Shown here: positions 1-8,455 of the stretch, piece after piece
Numbering within the stretch: the first letter of the stretch is position 1
Layout of the letters: each line of letters starts with the position of its first letter
NCBI GenBank assembly: GCA_036336835.1
Contig: JAYZFK010000004.1
Location: forward strand, 1-20,958
Length of the DNA: 20,958 nucleotides
Reading direction: 5' to 3'
Source: Myxococcota bacterium
GTDB lineage: Bacteria > Myxococcota_A > UBA9160 > UBA4427
Position numbers and translations under genes: made by a program
Notes under the pieces: generated by a model
What the model was told of the DNA's origin: nothing
Database searches by the model: none
Seen by the model: only the letters and a program-made list of their open reading frames with translations

Positions 1-140
1 GACGCACTGCCAGAACCCTGAGCGCGTCCGCATCGGACACCCTGGCGTCGCGGTGAACCCACCGGCGATGCTGGACCGCTTGACGGCCGCAGCCCGTAGA
101 CCGAAGATGACCTGCAATCCACCGGTGAGGTTCAAAAGGA

Positions 141-1310
141 ATGGGACGCAAGTATCAGATCATCTCGGGCGATGGACACGTCGAGACCCCGCCCGAATCG
201 TTCGTGAAGTACGTGCCCAAGCAGTGGGCCGACCGGGCCCCGAGGCTGATCAAGCTGCCCGAAGGCGGCGAGGGCTGGCTGATCGAGGGCATGCCGCTCC
301 TCCAGAACGGCCAGAACATCACCGGGGGTGGTCCGGTCCGGATGGGCGGCGCCTCGTACTACAACGAGGACGGCAGCCCAGCCGAGGGCGCTGGCGACGC
401 GAAGCAGCGGCTGCGCGAGCAGGACATCGACGGCGTCGATGCCGAGATCCTCTTCCCGCCGGTATTCGCCTCGCGCTTCATCGAGGCGATCGACGACCCC
501 AAGGTCTACTGCTCCATCGTTCGGGCGTACAACAGCTTCCTGGCGTACGACTACTGCTCGGTTGCGCCCGATCGCTTGATCGGAAACGCCACCCTGCCCA
601 TCACCGGCATCGACGACGCCCTGGCGGAGCTCGAGTTCGCGCACGAAGCGGGGCTGCGGTCGATCTGCTTCTACCAGTTCCCGAACGGCAGCGGCGGGCC
701 CAAGCCCGAGGACGATCGCTTCTGGGAGCGCTGTCTGGAGCTGAACATGGCGATCTCGCCGCACTTCGGCTTCGGCACTGCCCAGGCGCCCTACCCGGGA
801 AAGTCCGGGACGGACACGTCGGGCATCGTCTTCGCCTCGGCGCTCGCCCAGCGAGTCGGCAGTCACCACCCGGTCTACTGCATGGCGCAGCTGATGACGT
901 CGGGCGTCTTCGACCGCTTCCCCGAGATCAAGTTCTACTTCGCCGAGAGCAACATCGCCTGGCTGCCCTGGGCGATGTTCACGTTCGACGACAATCTCGA
1001 GCTGTTCGGGCCCTGGTACGACATCAAGATGGAGATGAAGCCGAGCGAGTACATCGAGAAGCACTGCCACTTTGGCATCGTGCGCGACCCGATCGGTCTC
1101 GCGTACCACGAGATGATTCCGATGGACAACGTGATGTTCGGCAGCGACTTCCCGCACTCGGTCGGTTCGTACCCCAGGTCACAGGAGTTCCTCGACGAGG
1201 CGTTTGCAGACATCGACCCCGCGATCCGGCGCAAGGTGCTACTCGAGAACCCTGCGGCCTACTACGGGCTGGATCTCGATGCCGACATCACCGAGACGCC
1301 AGCTGACTGA
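141..1310 (+). CDS. Amidohydrolase family protein (Amidohydro_2, TIM-barrel metal-dependent hydrolase/decarboxylase-like), 389 aa
   Basis: N-terminal IISGDGHV, 'DIDGVDAEILFP', 'AYNSFLAYDYCSVAPDRL', 'GVFDRFPEIKFYFAES' and C-terminal 'MFGSDFPH...ENPAAYY' are typical of the family. Strong GC3 bias; AAAGGA lies just upstream. Confidence 0.9.
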   Translation: MGRKYQIISGDGHVETPPESFVKYVPKQWADRAPRLIKLPEGGEGWLIEGMPLLQNGQNITGGGPVRMGGASYYNEDGSPAEGAGDAKQRLREQDIDGVDAEILFPPVFASRFIEAIDDPKVYCSIVRAYNSFLAYDYCSVAPDRLIGNATLPITGIDDALAELEFAHEAGLRSICFYQFPNGSGGPKPEDDRFWERCLELNMAISPHFGFGTAQAPYPGKSGTDTSGIVFASALAQRVGSHHPVYCMAQLMTSGVFDRFPEIKFYFAESNIAWLPWAMFTFDDNLELFGPWYDIKMEMKPSEYIEKHCHFGIVRDPIGLAYHEMIPMDNVMFGSDFPHSVGSYPRSQEFLDEAFADIDPAIRRKVLLENPAAYYGLDLDADITETPAD

Positions 1311-1333
1311 TCCCAGGCCTGCCCGAGCACGAA

Positions 1334-1359
1334 GAAGACGATGGGATGTCGTCGTCTTC
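1334..1359 (+). terminator. 10-bp stem-loop downstream of the amidohydrolase (possible terminator or mRNA-stabilising hairpin)
   Basis: GAAGACGATG-ggatgt-CGTCGTCTTC, with one G-U pair. There is no U-tract. Confidence 0.35.
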
Positions 1360-1440
1360 CACCAGCGACCTTCCCCGAGCAGCAGTGGGCTTCGCCGATT
1401 GGCGACGCGCGCGAGGCTCGGTTCCGTTGTGGAGAACACA

Positions 1441-2790
1441 GTGAACGACACCAGTCACTTCCTGCGAAGCGGATCGATCGCGATCGCGTGCGCGCTCGCC
1501 GCAGGTGCGGGAGCGGCGGCGGACGTCGTCGTGCCGAAGGACGTCTCGTACCGAGCTCGCGACCTCCAGAAGGCGCCGGTCGAGCTCGTTCCGATCAACG
1601 ACTTCATCTCGATGGCCCGCGGGATCGCCAACGTATTCATGATCGAGACGCCCGAGGGGAACGTCATCTACGACACGGGCGTCGCCTGGCAATCGGCGAA
1701 GCAGCGCGATCTGCTGATCGCGACGAGCGACCACGCCGCGACGCACATCGTGATCTCCCACGCGCACGGAGACCACAACGGCGGGATCCCCGCCTGGCAG
1801 AAAGAAATCGACGGCGGCGCCGAGCTCATCGCACACGAACGCTACGCGTATACCAACAAAATCTACGGCGATACGGACGAGTACCTGTGGCGCGTGCGCG
1901 CCGGCACGCTCTATCCGGTTCACGAGCGACGGCAGGTCGCCGATTTTCGAAAATACGTCGCGAACCGGACCGTCGACGTCGATCAGGACTACGCGTTCGA
2001 AGTCGGCGGGGTTCGCTTTCGAGCGATCGCCGCCGAGAACAGCGCCGAGGGCGAAGACGCGCTCCTCCTCTGGCTGCCCGACCACGGGATCCTGTTGACG
2101 GGCGACTTCTACGGCTGCCTCTATCCGATGGTTCCGAACCTGTACACCGTGCGGGGCGAGAAGCTCCGAGATTCCATCGGGTACGTGAACGCACTCGACC
2201 GTTTGATCGCACTCCGGCCGAAGCTGCTCCTGCCAGCGCATTTCGATCCGGTGCGCGGCGAGGAGTACATCGTCAAGACCCTCGAGGTCACGCGCGACGG
2301 GGTTCAGTACGTGTATGACGAAACGGTCAAGGGGATGAACTCGGGCAAGAGCGTGTACGAGCTGATGCGGACGATCGAGCTGCCGCCCGAGCTGCAGATC
2401 AGTCAGGGGCATGGAAAGGTCTCGTGGAACGTTCGGGCGATCTGGGAGCTCCTCGCGGGGTGGTTCTACTACGAGGACGTCGCCGATCTCTATTCCGTGC
2501 CGATGAAGGAAGTCTTTCCAGATCTCGTCGCGCTCGCTGGCGGGAGCGCGCCCATCGTCACCCGCGCCCAGGCATTCTTCGATCGGGGCGCGGCGCTCAA
2601 GGCGCTGCGGCTGCTCGATGTCGCCAAGGCCTCGGGCCCCGAGAGTGAAGAGGCGCTGCGCCTGCGCCTCGCGATCCTGCAGGGGATGCTGGAGCACTCC
2701 GAGAACGGGTTGGACAACATGAGCGAGACGGGCATCCTGCGGGCGAGCGTCGAGCAGACGCGCGCGGCCCTCGAAGCGGCAGAGAAGTAG
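1441..2790 (+). CDS. Secreted alkylsulfatase-like metallo-beta-lactamase-fold hydrolase (SdsA1/BDS1 family, with dimerisation domain)
   Basis: HAHGDH (HxHxDH) motif, 'PNLYTVRGEKLRD', 'LLPAHFDP' and 'QGHGKVSWNVRAIWE..GWF'. GTG 1441 is preceded by GGAGA; Ala-rich signal peptide. The ORF-track start at 1204 is too far upstream. Confidence 0.85.
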   Translation: MNDTSHFLRSGSIAIACALAAGAGAAADVVVPKDVSYRARDLQKAPVELVPINDFISMARGIANVFMIETPEGNVIYDTGVAWQSAKQRDLLIATSDHAATHIVISHAHGDHNGGIPAWQKEIDGGAELIAHERYAYTNKIYGDTDEYLWRVRAGTLYPVHERRQVADFRKYVANRTVDVDQDYAFEVGGVRFRAIAAENSAEGEDALLLWLPDHGILLTGDFYGCLYPMVPNLYTVRGEKLRDSIGYVNALDRLIALRPKLLLPAHFDPVRGEEYIVKTLEVTRDGVQYVYDETVKGMNSGKSVYELMRTIELPPELQISQGHGKVSWNVRAIWELLAGWFYYEDVADLYSVPMKEVFPDLVALAGGSAPIVTRAQAFFDRGAALKALRLLDVAKASGPESEEALRLRLAILQGMLEHSENGLDNMSETGILRASVEQTRAALEAAEK

Positions 2791-2824
2791 TCGGCGGTCG
2801 GGCGAGCTGGTCGAGCTGTCCGGC

Positions 2825-3016
2825 GTGCTCGAACCAGTGCGCTCGACCTGGGTCGCGGCCTCGATCGCATTCGGGCTGCTGTTCGCGATGGTCGGGACGC
2901 TGTTCGTGATTCCGCTCAGCTACACGACACTGGCGTCCGCACAGAGGCGGGGAGGACGCTGGTGGGCGCGGCTCCGCGGACTCGGCGCGCGGCGCCCGCT
3001 GGGCGAGGCACCCTGA
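2825..3016 (+). pseudogene. Short single-TM ORF resembling the last TM helix of an RND (AcrB-family) permease; probable gene remnant
   Basis: 'VAASIAFGLLFAMVGTLFVIPLSY' resembles RND TM12 (..SLGFGLLFATxxTLxxxPxxY). Codon bias is coding-like; there is no clear RBS. Confidence 0.4.
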
Positions 3017-3061
3017 GTTCGGCTGGAAACCGACCTCAGTGAACACTCGACCGGTTAGAAT
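3013..3061 (+). promoter_or_regulatory. Inverted repeat (3013-3039) plus -10 box TAGAAT (3056-3061) upstream of the esterase
   Basis: CTGAGtTCGG-n7-CCGAcCTCAG. TAGAAT lies ~36 nt before the ATG, and the SD GGAGG is near the start. Confidence 0.45.
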
Positions 3062-3097
3062 CCGGCTGCGATCGAACAACCCACGACCGGAGGAAGC

Positions 3098-3985
3098 ATG
3101 CCCAGCCCCGAACACCGAGCCATCGTCGCCGCCATCCTCGCCCAGCCGAAACCCGACTCGCCGCCCAGCGTCGAAGAGAGCCGCGCGGGCATGGAGGCCA
3201 TGACCGCCGGTTTCGCGGTACCTGACGACGTGAGCGTCGAGAAGGTGGATGCGGGAGGCGTCCCCAGCGCGTGGGTCGCAGCGCCCGGCGCGCGCGACGA
3301 CGTCGCCGTCCTCTACCTCCACGGCGGCGGCTACATGATGGGCTCGGTGAAGACACACACCGAGCTGGCGTCGCGCGTGTCGCGCGCCTCCGCAGCGCGC
3401 GTGCTCGTCATCGACTACCGGCTCGCGCCCGAGAATCCGTTCCCCGCGGCGGTCGAAGACGCGGTGGCGTCGTACCGCTGGCTCGGCGAGCAGGGCTTCG
3501 CGCGCGAGCGCATCGTGATCGCCGGGGACTCGGCCGGCGGAGGGCTGACGCTGGCAACGCTCGCCGCCCTCAGCGAAGCGAGCGAACCGCTGCCCGCCGC
3601 GGCGGTCTGCCTCTCGCCGTTCGCGGATCTCGAGGGGACCGGTCAGTCCTACCAGACTGCCGACGACCCGCTCATCACTGCGGAAGCCGTCCACGGGATG
3701 GCCGCCGCCTATCTCCAGGGCCAGGACATGCGGCAGCCAACGGCGTCACCGCTGTACGCCGACTACTCGGGCTTTCCGCCCCTGCTCATCCAGGTGGGCA
3801 CCCGGGAGCTGCTGCTCGACGACTCCACTCGTGTCGCTCAACGCGCGCGAGACGCGGGCGTCGACGTCACCCTCGAGGAGGGCGAGGGCCTGATCCACGT
3901 CTGGCAGCTGCTCGGTCCGAACGTTCCGGAGTCGGTCGAAGCCGTCGATCGCATCGGAGCATTCGTGCGAAAGCACACGAGCTGA
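3098..3985 (+). CDS. Hormone-sensitive-lipase (family IV) alpha/beta hydrolase / esterase, 295 aa
   Basis: HGGG oxyanion motif, 'DYRLAPENPFPAAVED', GDSAGG nucleophile elbow, 'GTRELLLDD' acid residue and 'HVW' His. SD GGAGG. Confidence 0.95.
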   Translation: MPSPEHRAIVAAILAQPKPDSPPSVEESRAGMEAMTAGFAVPDDVSVEKVDAGGVPSAWVAAPGARDDVAVLYLHGGGYMMGSVKTHTELASRVSRASAARVLVIDYRLAPENPFPAAVEDAVASYRWLGEQGFARERIVIAGDSAGGGLTLATLAALSEASEPLPAAAVCLSPFADLEGTGQSYQTADDPLITAEAVHGMAAAYLQGQDMRQPTASPLYADYSGFPPLLIQVGTRELLLDDSTRVAQRARDAGVDVTLEEGEGLIHVWQLLGPNVPESVEAVDRIGAFVRKHTS

Positions 3986-4702
3986 TCGACCCGACCCGGC
4001 GCTCCGTGCTCGGGTGAGCAGCACGAGCGCGAGCGCGATGCCGCCGAGCGCCGGAGCCGGCAGGCGCACGAGGCGTTCGAGCTCCGGCCACTCGCTGCTG
4101 GCAAGGCCCGCAGCGTTGAGGCCGGTGTGGAAACCGATCGAGGCTGCGAGCGCGAGCCCGCCCAGCCGCAGGCTCGCCAGCATCAAACCGAGCAGGAAGC
4201 AGCCCAGCAGCGGAGCCGGGGCGCCGTGCGGCAGCGCAAACGCGACACTCGTCAGCACGACGGCGAGCACGCACCCCGTCCGCGCGCGAAGCGCGGCGAG
4301 CAATGGTCCGCGGTAGACGATCTCCTCGAACACGGGAGCGAGCAGGATGATTGCAAGGGCCTCGACCGCAGCCGGACGCTCGAACGCGAGCGTCTGCGTC
4401 TCGATTCCGACCCAACCGCAAGCAGCATCGATCGCGGAGAGCGTGGCGCCGAACGCGGCGATTCCCGCGGCGCCTCCCCGGACTGCGTGAAGCGCGTCGA
4501 GGCGCGTAAAGCGCGCTCCCAGGGCGACCGCGCAGCCCGCACACGCACCAAAGGTCAGTGCGCGCGGCGCCCCGAGCAGCGCCCCTACCCCGAGCAAGCT
4601 CCAGCTGAAGGTAAGCCCGAGGACACACACAGCCAGAGGCGTCTTCTCCGCCTCGCCGCTCGCCCGCGCCACGGTCAGCGTCGCCGGCGAATCCGCTTCC
4701 AC
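3746..4702 (-). CDS. CPBP family (CAAX prenyl protease type II / Abi) intramembrane glutamic endopeptidase
   Basis: Motifs EEIVYRG (EExxxR), FALPH (FxxxH) and HTGLN (HxxxN); multiple TM helices. The GTG start overlaps the RHS gene 3' end by 28 nt. The recognisable domain ends near 4010, but the first in-frame stop is at 3746. Confidence 0.85.
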   Translation of the reverse strand: MEADSPATLTVARASGEAEKTPLAVCVLGLTFSWSLLGVGALLGAPRALTFGACAGCAVALGARFTRLDALHAVRGGAAGIAAFGATLSAIDAACGWVGIETQTLAFERPAAVEALAIILLAPVFEEIVYRGPLLAALRARTGCVLAVVLTSVAFALPHGAPAPLLGCFLLGLMLASLRLGGLALAASIGFHTGLNAAGLASSEWPELERLVRLPAPALGGIALALVLLTRARSAGSGRSARVLSHECSDAIDGFDRLRNVRTEQLPDVDQALALLEGDVDARVSRALSDTSGVVEQQLPGAHLDEQGRKARVVGVQR

Positions 4703-7700
4703 GCCCAGAAGGCGAGCAGCAGGTTGATCGGCATCAAGCCCGCGACGATGCCGCGCAGGCCCGGCAGCTGTGCGACCGAAGTCGGCGCCCCGCCACAGGT
4801 CAGCACGGTCATCACCAGCCTCACGCCCGCATTGCCGGTGTCGGTGCCCGGCCCGCGGGGCGCTCGATGTGAAAAGCTGTTAGGCGTGGACCCGCCGTCG
4901 GACACCGCCTGGTCGGCGGCACAGCCACACGCGCCGCCGTCTGCATCCACCTCATCGTGGTCGTGGTCACCGAAGACGGAGTCCAACCAGATGACCCAGG
5001 CCGACACGATGGCCACCCCCGCCCCGAAGGAGCCGGCCGGCGTCCCGGGCGCAGCCCACGCAAGCGTGCCGCCCATCACGCCCGCCCCCGCTGCCGTCTG
5101 GGTGATCGGGCTCACGTGCAGCCCCCCGAGGTCGAACTGCGAGATTGGATTCCCCGTCGTGTAGGCGTACTGATTGACGACCTGATACAGCGGATCGGGC
5201 GAGAGGAAACGCCCGGACTGCTGGTCGTAGACCCGAACACCGAGCAACACCAGGTCGTCGTCGAGTTGGAGCCCGTGGCCGAAGCGCAGCCGGTCCGAGT
5301 CGTCGCCCCCGACATCGAACAGGCCGTAGCCCGAATAGGTGTAATTCGTGATCACGTTGCCCGCTTCGTCCGAGACGAGCTTGACATTGCCCCGGAAGTC
5401 GGAGTGCCGATAACGCTCGGAACCCGTCGCGAGATCGATGCTGACGCTGCCGAGCTCCAACGTCCGCAGGACGCCGCTTGCAGAGGCCGTCGCGATACCG
5501 CCGAAACGCCGACCGGTCGTCACGCCGTCGACGGTGCTGGAGATCGCACGGTAGTGCCCATCCCAGGTGATCTGGACGCGCGCCCCGATGCCGGTCAGCT
5601 GACCCTTGGCATCCCAGGTAATCGCCTCTTCCGCGCGATCGATCATGTACCCGGCCGCATCGTACGCGTAGGTCACGAGGTCACTGCCGGTGGCATCGTC
5701 GACGATGCGGTCCAGCCGGCTGTGCTCGGCGTCGTAGACGAACACCTCGCTTTCACCGAAGACCGACTGCCGGGTTCGATTGCCGAGCAGATCGTAGTTG
5801 TACCAGGACATGAATCCGGCGGACGGATTCTGCACGGATCCGGCAGGCGAGCTGGTCCGCAGCCGCTGTCCGGCGAGCGGTCGGGCGATGTTGAGCGTCG
5901 AGTCGAGCGAGTACTCCTCGGTCCAGCTGCCCACCGGCGACGACGACAGGTGGGTGACGCAATGGATGGTCGGCACCAGGCCGTTGCACAGGTCGCGCAC
6001 GACCTCCATTGCTGCGACGACCGAGCCACTCGGGGCGCGGAACAGAGAGTATTGGGGTTCACCCGTCTCGGCGTCGTAGATCAGCTCGCGTCGCAGGCCG
6101 TTGCGGAACTCCTCCTCGACGAGCTCGCCGTCGACGAACGTATTGCGGATCAGCATCTCGCCCCCCTCGCGTAGCTCGAGCAGTCGATTCGCCAGGTCGT
6201 ACTCGTACTCGAGCGTCCGCAGGACGACACCCGTGTCGTAGCGGAAGATCTGGCGGATCGGGCGCGAGCGGACGTCGTACTCGAACTCGATGCTCTCGCC
6301 GTGCGGGAACGTCAGCGTCGCGAGGCGGCCGGCTGCGTCGTAGGTCCGCGTCTCGGCGGGCAGGCCGCCGTAGCTTCCGTCGAAGTAGCTGCGCAGCCTG
6401 CCATCGACGAAGGAAGCCGTCGTCAGGGTCTCGTTGACGCCGTCGCGCGCGAACAGGCGTGCGTCCGGCCGGCCGTCGGCTCGGTAACGGGTGGCGCGCT
6501 GCATGCCGTTGGCGAGCTCCTCGAGGAGCACGCGTCCCATCCCATCGTGTTCCCAGGTGGTGCGGACCCACTCGCCGCCTACCCGCTCGCGCCGTTCGAC
6601 CCGATTGCCGAACGCGTCGTAGTCGAACTCCGTATCGCCGCCGTAGGGCCGCCTTATCGCGCTGCGCCGGTGATCGCTCCGCCACTCCAGGTCGATCGAG
6701 GCCTCGGTCACAAAGCCCGTCGTCGGCAGATCTTCGACGGTCAGCGTCGCGAGATTGCGATCCTCATCAAAGCTCCGACGCACGATGCCGGGCGCGCCCC
6801 CGGACAGCGGGTCCGCCGTACTCGAGCTGCGCGTGATGTTGCCGACCGCATCGAGCGAGGCCGAATAGACCTCCTTCAACCCGAGGTAGACGAACCGCGG
6901 AATTCCCTGAACGTTCCCCGCGCCGTAGATCAGGGTTGCGATCCGCCCGCTCGGGAAACGGATCGAGTCGATCATATTTTGCGAGGTGTACGTGTAACGC
7001 ATCAGCTCTCCGGCCCCGTTCTGGACCGTCTCGAGCCGCCCCTCCGCGTCGTAGGTGCGCTGCTCGACGAGACCGAGCGCGTCGGTCATCGTCGCGAGCG
7101 GCGGGAGGTGAGGAAACTCGCGATCCTCACCACCCGGCTGGTAGCTCAGCTGCACCACGTTCCCGCTCGGTTCGGTCACTGTCTGCGGATCCTCCCCGGC
7201 CCCGTAGGCAAACAGGACCGAGGTCGCGTCCGGCCGCGTGTGACTCGTCAGTCGATGCTCGCTCCAGGTCCAGCGCTGGACATCGCCGCTGGGCGTCGTC
7301 AACGAGACAGGCCGGTACTGGGAGTCCCATTCGTAGAGCCACACGTTGGCCTCGGGATCGGTGAGCAGCGTGAGGTTGACGCCAAGACCCAGGTAATCGA
7401 ACTGGTAGGCGTGTGATGTCGCGACGCCGACCCGTCGCACCTGCGCAACCCGCCCAACGGGGTCGCAGTCGATCTCGATCCGCTCGCCTTCGCTCGAGGT
7501 AAAGGCGCTCAGCCGACCCGACACACCTGCGTACTCGTAGACGAAGCCGGGCCAGCCCCTCGCCGTGTCCAATGGATCCCGCGCCGACGACAGTCTGCCG
7601 GAGGCGTCGTACGAGTAGGCGGAGGTTCGCCCGGCGCGGTCGATGATCGAGGTGACCGCACCGCTGGCGGGATCGCGGACCGCGCTGAACAAGGTGGAGC

Positions 7701-8274
7701 AGCTCCCGGCAGTCGAGCACTCGTTCGCACTCGAGATCCGGCTCTCGCCCGCGACCACCGATTCGATGTATTCGATCGACGGGTAGGCGTCGCTCACCCA
7801 GCGCGTTCTCGCCAGTCGGCCGCTCGCGCCGAACTCGTGCAACCTGCCGCCCTTCGTCTTGATCGAGGCGGGGCCGACGTACACCCAATACGTACCGGGT
7901 ATCGCCATGCCGGGCAGGAGCGGGGAGACGTCGTGCTGCGCACCGGAGTCGTCGACGAACGTGGTGCCGTCGAAGGTCATCTCGAAGCTGGAATGCCAGC
8001 TACCCGAGGTGCTGTTGTAGACGGCTCCCAGGCGATAGGTGCCCAGGCGCGTCTCGATCGTCCAGTCGGTGCGATGCAGCCGTCCGTTGCCACCCGCGGT
8101 ATTCACCAACACCCCGAAAGCATCTACGTCGAACGCACGTGTCGTTTCGAACCCGCCCTCGAGCGGCGGTGGGACCGCCTGGCCACAGCTGGTGCCGACG
8201 ACGACGGCGGCCAGAGCGATGTGCGTGAGTGCGAGGAGACGGCTCTTGTTCGATCCAGAATTGGCGGGCTTCAT
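4675..8274 (-). CDS. RHS/YD-repeat-associated core domain protein (~1199 aa) with lipoprotein-like signal peptide and C-terminal membrane anchor
   Basis: Many YD repeats (YSYDASGRL, YDAEGRL, YDAFGNR, YDAAGRL, YDLLGNR). Core 'DFRGNV...YSGYG...RVYDQQSGRFLSPDP...YAYTTGNPISQFDLGGL'. ATG 8274 gives a basic N-region, a hydrophobic h-region and 'VGTS-C'. Confidence 0.92.
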   Translation of the reverse strand: MKPANSGSNKSRLLALTHIALAAVVVGTSCGQAVPPPLEGGFETTRAFDVDAFGVLVNTAGGNGRLHRTDWTIETRLGTYRLGAVYNSTSGSWHSSFEMTFDGTTFVDDSGAQHDVSPLLPGMAIPGTYWVYVGPASIKTKGGRLHEFGASGRLARTRWVSDAYPSIEYIESVVAGESRISSANECSTAGSCSTLFSAVRDPASGAVTSIIDRAGRTSAYSYDASGRLSSARDPLDTARGWPGFVYEYAGVSGRLSAFTSSEGERIEIDCDPVGRVAQVRRVGVATSHAYQFDYLGLGVNLTLLTDPEANVWLYEWDSQYRPVSLTTPSGDVQRWTWSEHRLTSHTRPDATSVLFAYGAGEDPQTVTEPSGNVVQLSYQPGGEDREFPHLPPLATMTDALGLVEQRTYDAEGRLETVQNGAGELMRYTYTSQNMIDSIRFPSGRIATLIYGAGNVQGIPRFVYLGLKEVYSASLDAVGNITRSSSTADPLSGGAPGIVRRSFDEDRNLATLTVEDLPTTGFVTEASIDLEWRSDHRRSAIRRPYGGDTEFDYDAFGNRVERRERVGGEWVRTTWEHDGMGRVLLEELANGMQRATRYRADGRPDARLFARDGVNETLTTASFVDGRLRSYFDGSYGGLPAETRTYDAAGRLATLTFPHGESIEFEYDVRSRPIRQIFRYDTGVVLRTLEYEYDLANRLLELREGGEMLIRNTFVDGELVEEEFRNGLRRELIYDAETGEPQYSLFRAPSGSVVAAMEVVRDLCNGLVPTIHCVTHLSSSPVGSWTEEYSLDSTLNIARPLAGQRLRTSSPAGSVQNPSAGFMSWYNYDLLGNRTRQSVFGESEVFVYDAEHSRLDRIVDDATGSDLVTYAYDAAGYMIDRAEEAITWDAKGQLTGIGARVQITWDGHYRAISSTVDGVTTGRRFGGIATASASGVLRTLELGSVSIDLATGSERYRHSDFRGNVKLVSDEAGNVITNYTYSGYGLFDVGGDDSDRLRFGHGLQLDDDLVLLGVRVYDQQSGRFLSPDPLYQVVNQYAYTTGNPISQFDLGGLHVSPITQTAAGAGVMGGTLAWAAPGTPAGSFGAGVAIVSAWVIWLDSVFGDHDHDEVDADGGACGCAADQAVSDGGSTPNSFSHRAPRGPGTDTGNAGVRLVMTVLTCGGAPTSVAQLPGLRGIVAGLMPINLLLAFWAWKRIRRRR

Positions 8275-8455
8275 GACACACAACTGTGACGCGCGTGCGA
8301 CGCCGGACCAACGTCGGTTGTCGGCGGACAGCGTTTGAAACGTCCGTCTCCGTTCGCCCCCGTTCACGGACCGGTAGTAGACCTAACGTGCGAAATCGGA
8401 CACTCGAGTCGCCAATACCCTCCTCGACGACTCGGAGTCTGCTATCCTTGCCGCC

